Part shown: positions 25,001-37,424 of the stretch, piece after piece | Numbering within the stretch: position 1 is the first letter of the stretch | How the letters are laid out: the number at the start of each line of letters is the position of its first letter | Assembly: GCF_037042905.1 (NCBI RefSeq) | Contig: NC_087251.1 | Location: 43,774,001-43,838,000 of the forward strand | DNA from: Lytechinus pictus | Taxonomy: Eukaryota | Length of the DNA stretch: 64,000 bases | Direction: 5' to 3' | Made by a program: the position numbers and the translations under genes | The notes under the pieces: model-generated | Told to the model about the DNA's origin: nothing | Databases searched by the model: none | What the model saw: only the letters and a program-made list of their open reading frames with translations

Positions 25001-28000
25001 AATTTGGATGACAGGTGCCCACCACAGCAGATGAGGAGTGTGCTGGCATACCTAGACCCATCACACAGTCCCCATAGGTCGTTTTGACCTTTGACCTCCG
25101 GGTACTCTGTTCTAATGCCTCCAACGCACGACGACTGGGTAGGGTCGTAGATCTCTCTTCCATACCTATAACCACAGCAAGAGAATGGAGATTTCCGCAG
25201 GAGAGCCGGATCATTACAGCAAGGCTCATCGTTCGGGTTGATGAGATTACCATGGCAACATTCCGTCTTTCCATCTTGGATGTCGTGCAGTCTGCCCCCA
25301 CAATCCACTTGCCTGGTCGGGTCATACGGTTGGTTGCCATAGCAACTTGCAGGGCCGTGACCTCGTGGATGAGCTTCACCCTGTGGTACAGATTCAAACA
25401 AATCAATGTTACAAATGGACAGTTTATTACAAGATGAAGGATGGTACAGGTGAATATGCCTGATTACGTGAAATCTTTCCGTGCATTCTTTTGGTGCATT
25501 TCAGGCCAAAACGGAATAATAATCTTTATTTTGGTACAGTTCTTTTTATATATTTTTATGGAATAAAGACAAAATTCGATGAGCCCGTCGGGGGGATTTT
25601 ACATTGTTAACCCCCTAATGGTGGCTGCACGATAGCGAGCCGTCTGTGTACGTGGGTAAATTTACAAAAAATGTTTAAAAACTCCTCGAAGCAGATGGCT
25701 GCCAGCTGTCTAATGTTCGCATTACCTCATCTGCATGGTCTTAAAAAATGACTTGGGCGATTATTTGGCTGATGGAAGGTTGACTTCAGCTGAGCCTACT
25801 GTATTTGACTGTTGCTACATGAAAAAAGCCCTAAAACAATACTACAAATCAGATCCGATCCTCATGCATGCACCTACCTGGCAGCATATGTGGGTAGTCT
25901 TATTAATCCAGCCAGCCCCGCAACACTCAGTCTCTCGAAGCAGCACACCATACTTTCCAACGACGTGGGATTCCATGCCCCCTGTTGGTAGAGGGCAGCA
26001 GATCTCGGAGGAGGCATCGTAAGTACGTGACCCACAGCACGAGCCGACTCCGTCAGCGACGAGGGGAGAATAGCGATCTTGACTACAGCATGTTTGCCTT
26101 TCCTTGTCATAGTACGACGTGCCGCAACATTCATGTCCTTTGGCGACGAAGAATAAAAAAAGGGAGTGATAAAATCAAATTAGAATCTGACATTTGAATA
26201 CCATCCATCCCATTTTCCCATCAGTTTCACAATTAACGAAAATATCAAATGGTGGTACTTTTGAATTTTATGTTCACAGTTTAAATGTAAGTAGATGTAT
26301 CTTTTGCCAGTCACTGTTTCAGAAGCAATGAAGTAATGATAATGATAACTATTATCATGTGCAACATTGTTTACATAAAAAAGATATTGCAAGAGCACTT
26401 ACATTGAAGAAAAAAAAAGTTAGTAGCTATTAAAGTTGCCTTGGTCAGTTATGTGATACGTACTTTGGATTGTTGCTTTGATTTCTCAAGAATTGATTTT
26501 GAGAAGTTGGTTTGTTATTCCAGTCTGCTAACAAACAAGTACAAAATATTAATTTTCGTAAAGGTGCAGGGTTGACTGCAGTTGCTATAGGAGATTGATG
26601 AAAGAATTGTCTACTGTCCATGTCGGAGAGTCCTGTGTGCAAGTGAAGTGCAAAAAGAATGGAATTGTCAGCGACACTACCTTGTTGCTTTGGATGTTGG
26701 AGTTGAGATGTTTGCTGATCACCGCAGCACTCATGGGTGGTGGAATTGATGATTTCGTTGTTGCAACAGACAGCATCTTCTCTTAACTCCATCTTTTTGT
26801 TGCCGCAACATTGCCAGGTGTTGTCCATAGGGTACAGATCATCTCCACCTAACAGAGATTTAAACAAAAAAATCAACTTAGCATTCTTTGAAATTAAAAA
26901 TTTAATTAAAAAATTTCTAATCTCAAATAATGTTTACTTGATAAGTGTGAACATAGTATAACTAGCTAACTTTGCTGGTTTAACGGAGTATAATGTTTAA
27001 AATGACTTTGGTGCAACTGTTGCTATTATTTCCTACGTAATCTATCAATTTATTGAATACATACATACACTCAGTATCTACATTGTAAACAATCAATATC
27101 TTACTTTATTTTTGACAAATAAAATGACAGAGGGGGGGGGGGGCAAAGATTGGATTGAAGAGACAGTATTCTGATGTACCCCCACATTCCTCATAATTAT
27201 GCCTAATTATGGTAATTAAATCATATTAACAATAAATAATTGTTAAATGGACACTTCTTTTTCAACAAGCTAAGAATATGAAGTCAATGTACTTACAGCA
27301 TCTGAATTCCATACCAAGTGCCACAGGAGTGCTATGCACACGACCCCCACAACATGTCTGAAGTGTGGGTATGTATGTATACTTCCCACATTCGGCAGAG
27401 TAAATGGCAGTAACTGGAAATACAAAAAAAATAATAAAATGGGTTAATTTTTTAATGAAAAACAGGAGAATGTTAAAGAAGAAAGTAAAACCAGGAATAA
27501 AAAAAAGGGGAGGGGGCTTGCCAGTCTACAAGTGAAAAATAAAAAATGTCATATTAATCACAGATGCAGTAATGGTTGAATTCCACTCAAAAGAGAGAGT
27601 GTACGTACAAGGATCAACAATTTAGCAATCACAAATTAGAACGCAAGTCAACGATTTTCTTCATAATAATTAAGAAAGTCTAAGCTGCAATCTAGCAGTA
27701 GCAGCGCCTTTAACTTTGCGCTAGGCCGGCCTATTCTGCACTTAACTCTTAAGGCCCAGAGCCCCGGTCGGCTTCGAAAATTAGAGTGACTGGGAGAATA
27801 TACAAGGCAAAGTCAGAAATTTGAAAAATACAACAATGAACAAGCTTGCCAAATCTAATCATTGTCTAATAATTGCAAGTTTTGCTGAAATTTACCCGAA
27901 ACAGTGCCTGTCCTCTCGTCTCACTCAGCTCCACTCATTCACGTTTAGCATCACATGTGGATATTTCGGGAGCTAACTTCAACAATTCCAGCAACAATTA

Positions 28001-31000
28001 CACCCAATCATATGCACTAAATGTAACGTTAGATCTCAATCTAAGTTGAAAGCACAGATTGACTGGCTGGCCGCCCAACAAGATATTGCATGCATGCTTC
28101 CATGAACTTTACAGGTCATCGCTCAGTGCAGTCGTGGCTAGTCTTAATTGAGTTAGACTTTTTGTCAATCGTAAGGAATCGTGATTTGAAAAAAAGCTTC
28201 AAGTATATCTATCATTTGTGTTTTTGAATTGATTATACATTTTTATATATAAATCTATGTGTGAGAATATATTTTAATTCGCTTTCTCTTGCCTTCTTAT
28301 AAAATACCGTGCCTATCACATTACTATACAGAACTTGTGTCTAAAATCAAAGACTATTAAAACTTGATTACGGGGATTCCCCGATATGATCGACGCGCGC
28401 TACCGTGTACAACATGGTTCTTCGGTTGATTTTTCCTCCTCGCCGAACCCATTTTATTTAGTTATATTATTTCAGCTCGATTTAAAAAAGGGATTACACT
28501 TTAAATATAGCATTATAATGTTCATAGTACATGGAATTCTTTGTGATGGTGAGCAACATCATCAACAATATCACTGAACATTGTCTATGACTATGAGCCT
28601 GAGACAAGTCCAGATCCAGCGAACTTGCAAGAGAACCAGCCATGCCCATTGGATTTTATGTGGAAACATCGATTCGGGAAATCAAAGGAAAACATGGAAT
28701 ACACAATCAGACGTCAAGAAACGGCACCAGTACAAGGTAAGCACACATATTGCGTGTACTTCTGTCGTCTTTATCAAGATGGAATCCTTGGTTAGGGCAT
28801 AGAGCTGTAGCTCCATGGTTAGGGTAGCCATGCAGAATTTCGGATGGTCCGCTGCACAGCTAGCGCAAGCTTGCTTCCGGTCTATACAGACACTGTGTAC
28901 CGAGCGATGACGAGATTGGGGGGAATTCCCGTATTCCACGAGGATAGAAAACTGGTTTGGCGAAGTGTCAAATTGAAATAAAGAAGCTGCTGGCTGTCCG
29001 TGACCACTCAGAGCAGTCAGCTCCCGAATTGATTTAAATTCCTCGAGCTTATGTATTATAAACATTGATATTACATGTAGGCCCATTACCAAACTATGTA
29101 AATTGGATGTCTGTAATATGGAATGATATAGACTTTACAAATTTATGTAACCATATTTAAAAGCACCTATATCAAAAATCGCGGCTCGTCTGACGTGACA
29201 GTTTTGGTTCACATTGTATTTTCTTTTATTCTGTGAAAAAAATCAAGTTGTAGCCGTCAGAAGCACTCTGGCACAGAACATGCCTATATAAGAATTAAAT
29301 CAGCTACAAAAAAATACTGAAGAATTCGACATTATTGTAGTGCAGATTAATTTTTTAAAGAAACCTTTTCATAGCTATAGGTATTCTGATTTATGCTGCT
29401 ATTCTAAGAAATGCACAAGTGAACCAAACACATTCACCATTCATTTTCATTGTAGACTGGTAGTCTAGTTCCTGCATTTTTAAAGAAATGATAATATTAA
29501 AACAGAAAAATTAAGTACAATTCAAGTTCTTCAGTTCTATTTCGTATCTTTAAAAAGAAGGTAGACTCAAGAAATTGGCTGCATTAAGAACACTATGATA
29601 GAGCAAGGAGTAGAGTAATAGAATGTGGGAAAGTGGAGTGAAAAAGTGAGTGTAGAACGGATCAGAGAGAGAAAGAGAGGGGGGGGGGGATTCACTGCTT
29701 ATATGCCTATATACCTGGTTTAACTGATAAATATGCACACACTACCAGCCACCCATATATCAATTTTTGTAGAGTCAATCGCATCGTGAAATCATTCAAT
29801 GAGACTGTTGAGTTGTGAAGTAGAAATCTTGAAGTTCAGTAAAATATTCCTCGTAATATTTTGAAAAGAGTGCAAGTCGTATTAAATTCGAGAGCTCAAT
29901 TTCAAATAGCGTCCGCACGGAGAGCCGACAAGGCGTTTACTGAGCTGCGCTGGAGCTCACTTGTATTTATCAACTTTTGAGGGAATGGGAATTCCCCATT
30001 TCTTCACGGGGATGGCCTATAGTCGCAAAATTGTGACGTCACGTCACGATCATAATGCTCGTACTCTCATCATCGCTGTTGAATATTTATGAGATGAAAG
30101 GATGACGTACATGTATATCAGGGGCCGCGGAACGGTTTTCAAAGTTGGGGGGGCTGACCATGCAAAAAAATCACAATCATATGGTAATTTTTACGTTTTT
30201 GTACGTGGTTTTGGAAAAAAGTGGGGGGCTGAAGCCCCAAACCCCCACCCCCCAGCCCCCCGCTTCCACGGCCCCTGTATATTCAATCAGACTTGCGTAC
30301 TAAAACTCTCAGTTTCAATAATAATCTGATTAAAAGTACACTGAAGTTATATGCAGCCTCGATTTAATGTACTAGACGAATCAAGTGATATTTATTTCCT
30401 TTAATGTATTTGGAGCGAGAGGAGGGGGATGGGGTGTTGCGTGAAAAGGGGGGGGGGGTGATGCGTGGTGTTGCGAGAACGAGAATCCCAGGCCCAATTG
30501 GTTTAAAATTAAATGCAGCCATCATGAAGAGGTCTTATCCCTAAATATATCTTCTCGTTTTGAATACGTTATCGTAGAAGTTGTCTGCCTGTATGGCTTA
30601 AGCTAAGGTTCCATGACATTTGCTCCGGCGACAATTGCTCCGATGGAAAATCTCGTGCTCGTTTAGCCAAACATAAAACCTAACCTCCAACACTGAATAA
30701 TCCTTATCTTTATATTTTTCTGAATCTGAACCAAAATTTTATTACAATCCTAATTCTAACCCTATGCCCTCTGACATATTAAGACCAGAGCAAATGTCGC
30801 AGGAGAGGCGTAAATAATATTTTGAGGGTCGCGCGGTGTGGAGGAAAAGCGTATAGCAGTGATGATAATGAAGGGGAAAAAATCTCGAAGGGCCAGTATC
30901 TTGTCTAAGTGTCTGTAATTGACAAAGAATCCCAAAGAATAGATCAGATAGATAGAATTCACTGCTTGTATACCTGGTTCAACTGATAAATATGCACACA

Positions 31001-34000
31001 CCACCAGCCACCCATATATCAATTTTTGTAGAGTCAATCGCATCGTGAAATCATTCACCGAGACTGCAGAGTTGAGAAGTAGAATCTTGAAGTTCAGTAT
31101 AATAATATTCCTCGTAATATTTTGAAAAGAGTGCAAGTCAAATAAAATTCGAGAGCTCTATTTCGAAGCGTGCACACGGAGAGCCGACAAGGCGTTTACT
31201 GAGCTGCGCTGGTAGCTCACTTGTATTTATAAACTTTTGAGGGAAATCCCCAATGTCAATCGGCTATTAATATGTCTTCATGGGGATGGTCGCAAAATTG
31301 TGACGTCGCGATAATAATGCTGATACTTTCATCGTCGCTGTTGAATATTTATGAGATGAAAGGATGACGTATATTTATCAGATTCGCCTACTAAAACTCT
31401 CAGTTTCAATAATAATCTAATTGAAAGTACACTGAAAGTAAATGCAGCCTCGTACCTGACGAATCAAGTGATATTTATTTCCTTTTCTGCATGTGAAGAG
31501 AGAACGAGAGGGGAGCGGCGTGAAAGAGGGGGGGGGGGGTGCGAGAATCCCCTTTGCTTTTCATGCAGCCACGAGGTCTAATCCCTTAATTAAATTGCCT
31601 TTCTAGTTTTGAATACGTCATCTTTAAAATACGGTATACAAGTTAACTGCCTTTGTGGCCTATAAAATTTAAAACCTCCTTGCTATAACCAGCTGAACCG
31701 GCCCACTCGTTCGGTTGGATGGGGGGAGGCACTCTCCCCGGCACTCTCCACATTCATCGCGCCCAGAATAAGTCCCGAAATGGCTTTGCTCTTTGCCGCA
31801 TCCATATAATACAATTATTTTAAGAATATATTTATTTTGGGTGTGTGCGTTTTAACAAGCCTTCTCCTGGCTTTTTAGTACACTCCTGTTTCCCATTCAT
31901 GATTTGGCAATAATACTTTGATTATCACTTTCGTCTGTATTTATTCATGTTTCAATGATATGTTTTAATTTTTATTGTCTCTTTGTTTGTACATGATCAT
32001 GATATCAACTTGTATTTTTAATGAATTGGAAATAAATGCTGAATTGCTGAATTGATAATTATATTGGTCGCTATTAAAAGTTCGGTTGCTAGTGAATTGA
32101 TGGTAACTGTCGTACTGCGGAGTTCATGCAATGTGGAATTTTGTAATTTTACGAAGTGGAATGATCTGAACAAAACAAAACAAGTTTTGTATTTGTCGAC
32201 GTCTTATGTCCCTCGCAAATTCATACTTTCATCTGTTGTAAAAACGATATCGTTTGCTCTGTGCGTAGAATCCATTAATTACCCGCGACCGGGTAACATG
32301 CTATTGGGACGAAAACATACTCTGTGAAGTTACATCAATTTGTGTGCGGTGAGCGCTCATCGAGCATCGGGCTTGGGCAATGGTATTTCATTGACAGCGG
32401 GTATTGCGCAATGTCAGCTGTGACGTCGTGGTGTAAACAAACCCAACACGTGCGTTTTCTTTCATGAATACTGTCAGTACACACTACACACTCGCGTATA
32501 ACGAAATTAATGATCGTGGAAGAATGGCGACATTTTCCTTTTTTTCAATACCAAAGAAGCAGGGCTGCTTTCCCCCGTTTCTTTTGATCATTTGCATATC
32601 ATTAATGGATTAAAGGAATATCATGAATGAGTGACAATTGTTGTTGCACGATCAATTATCATGGTCCGATCCAACTCGGTGGGATTTATTTAAAAATCGA
32701 AATGAAAAAACCTCAGACTGGTTCATAATTTTCGTGGAAAAAAGCTTTGAATGTTTATATCAATAGGCTTCGTAGGGGAAAATTGGAGTCGGATGGGATA
32801 GTGACACAGCCCCCCCCCCCCCTTCCCCCCCACCCCCGACACAATTGCCATGGGTAAACTGCCGATTCTTTTATTGCCAACTCGTTCACTCACCGCATGG
32901 TACACCTTCATTTAATCTATTGCCATTACGTCCATCAACCTTTCGTCTACAAACCATTTGGTCCAATAATTATAATCACTTCGTCTAATCATCAGTTCGT
33001 CTATGACCATTTCGTCCCGTAACCAGTTGGTCTAATGCCCATTTTCTTTTCATTCATGTCGCCCGATTAACACTTAGGCCTGTATACTCAAATAAGACCA
33101 AATGGTATATGGACTAAATGGCTATTGGACCAACAGGTTATTAGACGAAATGGCAATTGGACCATGTGGATAGTGGACGAACTAATGATACACCAAATGA
33201 TAGTAGACGAGTTGGTAATAAGACGAATTGGCATTAGACCAATGAAAAAAAAACCTTGCCATGTAGATACACAATAAGGGTATAGGCCTACATGTTTGAA
33301 AGTGGTCCCCGATGTGCCCTGATGCTGACTCGCTGAGCAATAATTGTTCACCTGGCGTGTACTATACAGCGATCTATAACGCTCTTGTTTGAAATTAAAA
33401 AAAATCCCCTTGAAAATATTGCAGCATCATTATACGTCGAGATCTCATTTTTATGCAATACAAAGGAATGAAGATCTCCTGTCATCAACGAGTGACGACA
33501 GTGATATCGATTATTCATTAGTTTGTGTCTTGATGAACAGATCCCAACACCATCACTTCTTGTAAAGGATAACAATTCACATACAACTAACAATCTAGGC
33601 TGGTGGTAGGGGCGGATCCAGGATTTTCCAAAAAAAAGGGGAGGGGGGCACATTTTCCAGAGGAAAATTTTGACAAGCCCCCCCCCCCAAAAAAAAAAAA
33701 TATATATATTTTAAACCTAAAATACTGACATTTCGTCCACGAAAAATAATTGACAAGCACAAAAAAATGTCTTCACTTTCAAGGGGGGTACACTTCTATT
33801 TTAATGGCATTTTTAAATTACAAATATCCACTGTGCCTCTCAAAGGGGGGGGGGGCGGGCACGGGCCGGCTTTGCTCCCCCCCCCCCCCCCCATGGATCC
33901 GCCAGTGGGTGGTGGTATACATAATCCATCTCACAATATGTAACATATATGTTTCCAAGCATTGATTACCTTCTGGGTTAAGACTAGGATGTTATTGAAA

Positions 34001-34923
34001 TGAAGAAATTATTATTTTGTTATTTCATTAAATTCATTTCAATGAATTAAACTGTAATCATGTGTATCATCTAAACCACCTGTAACCATCTATGCTGTAA
34101 CCGTGCTTCGTCCACTCATGTATGATAAACTATACGTGTCATATAATGACCAATGAAGCATATCTTTGTCGCACTTCGCATTCATCGACATGAACTTTTC
34201 CAGTAGTTTACCATGACTCATCACGGCTAGGGGATTTTTTTTAAAATCTAGTGTTGATAAAACATTTGGTTCTCAGTTGTAAAATTTCGTTTTCGTTAGG
34301 GTATATCGTAATTTCCGACACAACGGTCAGTTCGATCGGTGTGGCTCATTCAGTAAACCAATCCCGCAATCCAGTTCTTGGACGCAGGTTCTCGACTCGC
34401 CTACAACGATTGTTCAAAGATTTTTTAAATAAAAAATTGAGGCAAGACCGAGAATTGTAATATGATTTCAATGCTTTCAAAACAGCCTATTATAACCATT
34501 CCCACTTCCCTCTCGCTTCGGGTGCACAAGTAGTATACTGGCGGCAAAAAATCGCGGCGGGGGGGGGGGGGGTGGTAACATTGACAACTTACCAACAGGT
34601 CCAATATAAGATAATAATGACTGCAGTCAAGGACCACTACCCCTGAAATACCTTCAAAGGTAAATCTAACCCGGGGGCGGGGGGGGGGGGGGGTCTGTTG
34701 ACTAAATGCCGTGATTGTATACTCGTAACAAGAAATGGATAAAGCATAAATCAACTTAAACATTCTTATATGAACCATAGTTGTTTCCTGCTATTGCCGA
34801 AAAATTATTTTAGCTTCATTAGAATTAATAAGGGATAAAACAACTGTGTATTTACTCACCAGACGATATACCTGTAAAAGCCAATAGTATTAAGGACACG
34901 GCGGTAGATACATGAAACGTCAT
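18709..34923 (-). CDS. Gene A: secreted galaxin-like di-cysteine repeat protein with C-terminal NTR-like domain, 1172 aa; complement(join(18709..19067,19657..20534,20955..21291,21576..21778,22821..23086,23642..23847,24340..24594,24975..25380,25878..26137,26681..26848,27297..27413,34860..34923))
   Basis: Twelve exons, all GT-AG, give a continuous 3519-nt frame. It encodes the N-terminal hydrophobic leader MTFHVSTAVSLILLAFTGISS, about 45 CC pairs in CCG-x(2-3)-Y/F-D/N-P-x(3-4)-CC repeats, many N-x-S/T sequons and an NTR-like terminal exon. Confidence 0.88.
19657..20534 (-). CDS. Gene A exon 11 (large galaxin-repeat exon)
   Basis: TTTATAG acceptor, G|GTAAGT donor; within the 307-aa ORF. Confidence 0.92.
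20955..21291 (-). CDS. Gene A exon 10
   Basis: TTCCAG acceptor, AG|GTGAGA donor. Confidence 0.9.
21576..21778 (-). CDS. Gene A exon 9
   Basis: CACAG acceptor, G|GTGAGT donor. Confidence 0.9.
22482..22771 (+). mobile_element. tRNA-derived SINE in intron 8 of gene A
   Basis: A box TGGTCTAGTGG, B box GGTTCAAATCC, body shared with 53397-53716, (ATT)n tail. Confidence 0.85.
22821..23086 (-). CDS. Gene A exon 8 (FCSDNG...HGCCGSRIY...)
   Basis: CTCCAG acceptor, AG|GTACGC donor. Confidence 0.88.
23642..23847 (-). CDS. Gene A exon 7
   Basis: CCCAG acceptor, GAG|GTATGT donor. Confidence 0.85.
24052..24287. repeat. (CAT/CAC)n microsatellite
   Basis: Degenerate trinucleotide array in intron 6 of gene A. 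Confidence 0.9.
24340..24594 (-). CDS. Gene A exon 6
   Basis: TGTAG acceptor, G|GTGAGC donor; within ORF 24329..24673. Confidence 0.9.
24975..25380 (-). CDS. Gene A exon 5
   Basis: CACAG acceptor, A|GTAAGT donor; within ORF 24955..25401. Confidence 0.9.
25878..26137 (-). CDS. Gene A exon 4
   Basis: AAG acceptor, CAG|GTAGGT donor; HECCGTSYYDKERQTCC... (this frame is absent from the ORF track). Confidence 0.88.
26681..26848 (-). CDS. Gene A exon 3
   Basis: CTGTTAG acceptor, G|GTAGTG donor; WQCC/AVCC/HECC. Confidence 0.85.
27297..27413 (-). CDS. Gene A exon 2 (TAIYSAECGKYTYIPTLQTCCGG...)
   Basis: TTTCCAG acceptor, T|GTAAGT donor. Confidence 0.88.
29693..31662. repeat. Direct duplication of about 0.7 kb (29693-30600 and 30960-31662)
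   Basis: Long co-linear identical blocks such as AACTGATAAATATGCACACA and GGAGAGCCGACAAGGCGTTTACTGAGCTGCGCTGG. Confidence 0.9.
30119..30277. mobile_element. Short hAT-like MITE
   Basis: CAGGGGCCGCGGAA / TTCCACGGCCCCTG TIRs; absent from the duplicate copy at about 31370. Confidence 0.75.
32392..32441. promoter_or_regulatory. Candidate intronic enhancer motif cluster
   Basis: TGACAG, perfect C/EBP palindrome ATTGCGCAAT 32403-32412, CAGCTG, TGACGTC and Fox-type GTAAACAAA within 50 bp. Confidence 0.35.
32853..33245. mobile_element. Foldback MITE, same family as 12014-12413
   Basis: Shared blocks AACCAGTTGGTCTAAT and AGACCAAATGGTATATGGACTAAATGGCTATTGGACCAAC. Confidence 0.75.
33607..33907. mobile_element. 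hAT-like MITE
   Basis: TAGGGGCGGATCCAGG / CATGGATCCGCCAGTG ends; near 8-bp TSD GCTGGTGG/GGTGGTGG; relatives at about 49038-49260 and 49400-49557. Confidence 0.7.
34860..34923 (-). CDS. Gene A exon 1 (signal peptide)
   Basis: ATG at 34923, 21-aa hydrophobic leader, G|GTGAGT donor; phase 1 matches the exon at 27413. Confidence 0.75.
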
Positions 34924-35221
34924 GTTTATTCTCACTGATAGGAATTGAATACAATTTTCTTGTTTTCCTTGTGATGCCACCAAGATTAATAAATTCAACT
35001 TGCGGATGAAACCTCGGTAATTATCTCACTTCCAATCTAAACAGTTCAAAAGTTTGGTCACTTCATATAATCCCACACATTTTCTCGATTTTTGTAGCAC
35101 TCTAAAAACACGTCCTTCCACCTTCACGTCTAAATGTTCTTCTGTCAGTCTGTCGATTCACCCTTCATCAAAACTCCATGTCGACCTGCTGAAATTAGTA
35201 CCCAAGTTCTAAAAATAAAAA

Positions 35222-35505
35222 GGGGTTTCCTTGAGGTTTAGCTATATCATTTACGCATGCTCATTTTCATTGCAATATTTCGAATTGAACTCTTCCGTCC
35301 ACCCAAAAAGTTTGCAGTGGCGGTATGTTGATAATGGGGAAATCCCCGTTCCGAAATTAGCTCACGCGCGTGCACACGACGGATTGTTTGGGAGAGTTGT
35401 GTGTAACGACATCTCAGGCGAGCAATATAATCGCACAACGTATTGCACAATATTCATTATCAAAAGTCTCCGTGTTTTCAACTTGCACTAATCTTTATGA
35501 CGTGA
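35222..35505 (-). promoter_or_regulatory. Candidate proximal regulatory region of gene A (kB, C/EBP and ATF-like motifs)
   Basis: GGGGTTTCC 35222, GGGGAAATCCCC 35336-35347, ATTGCACAAT 35442-35451 and TGACGTG near 35498, all 300-580 bp upstream of the ATG; TSS not determined. Confidence 0.45.
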
Positions 35506-37424
35506 GGTATGCATTTTCACCAATATTGATTTTATATCAAAGGCATTGACAAATATTTTCTCGGGCATAAAATCTTCTTTTTTTTTCACTTTTGAATATG
35601 GATATCTACATTCAATGCCAATGTGTGAAGAAAGATAAATATTATTTGTTAACTAAAGTTATTATTAATGTTTATCTAATAAATATTAATACAAACCACA
35701 ACTGGTATTATACCTGTTATAACTTGTGCTACATAGTTTATTGAAGTGTCACAAGACATTGCTTAAAAAGAAATATATTATTTTGTGTCACCATCATAAT
35801 AATTAAAAAGTGTGCAGATGGTGGGTTAACATTGATAGACGATCACTGCTAATAGCACTGAAAATTTCTTTCTGGAAATGCTCATGAGTAATAGTTTGTT
35901 TTGTGGTTAGGTGCAGGCATTGCATGAAAATTATCTACATGCTCATCTTTGCTTGTTTTACTGTCATAAATTTGATTTCAAATAAATAGATCTTAAAAAG
36001 CCTATCTCAAATTTTGGGTAAATGACACCAAAAGTGATGGTAACTATATAGTCCAGTTTTTTCCTTGAATTTGTTTGTCCTAAAACTGCTTTCATGTCGA
36101 TAATAATAACCCTAAACGTGTTCTTCAGGATGTGATTATCATTTTGCATCAACTGCATCAATTTCGTCGAGATCCTGACCAAAATAAAAATGTATTTTTT
36201 GTTCATTAAGTTTTCAAACCATTATTATCAAGTTCACGTATATAATGGGCTGAGAATCTTGGATATGATCTTTGTCGTCTGTAGCTTACTAATATGCTAT
36301 CACTAAATCAAAGTGTTCAAATAATTTTTAAAATATAATACGTAGGGCCTACATATAACATATTATGTATATATGATAAATTATAAAAAAATGAGGGCTC
36401 CTATAGAATAGATATGGCACTCTTGCAACGTTAAAATTTTAAATGATACTCCTATAATGCACATTTTTGAACCGTCATCAATGTACATGTAGGTCCATGA
36501 TCAAATCTCCTTTTTGGTGATGTTTTTTTTTATATTTCCGGTGTTTATTTCCTGTGAAAATTTATTTCAATTCAGTAAATTGATAATAAACGAGAATTTA
36601 AATTTCTCGTTGTCTCAACAATAAATATGATTCTCATTTCCGCTATATAGGGAAAGTGTGTGGTATAATAAAGGGAGGGGGCATTGGTTTCGGTTAAGAA
36701 TTATTATGAAATACATTTCTGCACGGATATTCATAGATGACCAACCCTTTACTATCGATGAGATTGTTAAAATTGTGGGTGGTCGAAACTCGAAAGTGAT
36801 AATCTGGCTGGATTTCTTGAAACCTTTACACTCCTACAGTTTCATTACCCACTGTAAAAACGCTGTTTAAAAAATGTTTAAGCTCGTTGTTAGAGCCTGT
36901 CACTCTAGCAAGTATTGTTTTAAGTTTCATACAAGTTTTTGTTTTAATCAATTTTTTTCAGATTAAACAATATTAAGTTTAAAGAATTGTTTAAAAGTTT
37001 AACAATTTTAAGTTTAAACAATCGTTTAAAAGTTTAAACAAGTTGTTAGAGTGACGAGCTTAAACCACATGCTTAAAATTTCAATCAGTTCTCTCTCTCA
37101 ATTGAACCCACCCCAACCCCGCCCCTCTCCCTTTCTGCCTGTTCTTTCCCCAGTCCCGATAACTTGTATTATACCCGTCGAAACGCTGTTCTCTATTTTC
37201 CATCACTATATATACCATAATAAAGAGATACCGAATACCAAGACTCACTGGTGTACGGGAGGGCTTGGGGAACTTTGCCCCCAAAACATTCATGACCCCC
37301 CCCCAAAAAAAAAAAAAAAAAAAAAACGCAAGAAGAAAATGTATGAAAGAAATAAGAAAGAAAGGGGGAAAGGTGAAATATTATATCATTTTCTGAATAA
37401 TTATGTAAAAAAATATGAAAATAA

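Noticed and set aside
28682..29092. 136-aa minus-strand ORF in intron 1 as an extra gene A exon
   Set aside because: No di-Cys repeats, and exons 1 and 2 already join in frame.
18709..34923. Calling gene A usherin (USH2A), netrin or TIMP
   Set aside because: No laminin N/EGF/G, FN3 or transmembrane segments are visible, and there is no mature N-terminal CxC as in TIMPs. Only the repeat type and an NTR-like module are shared.
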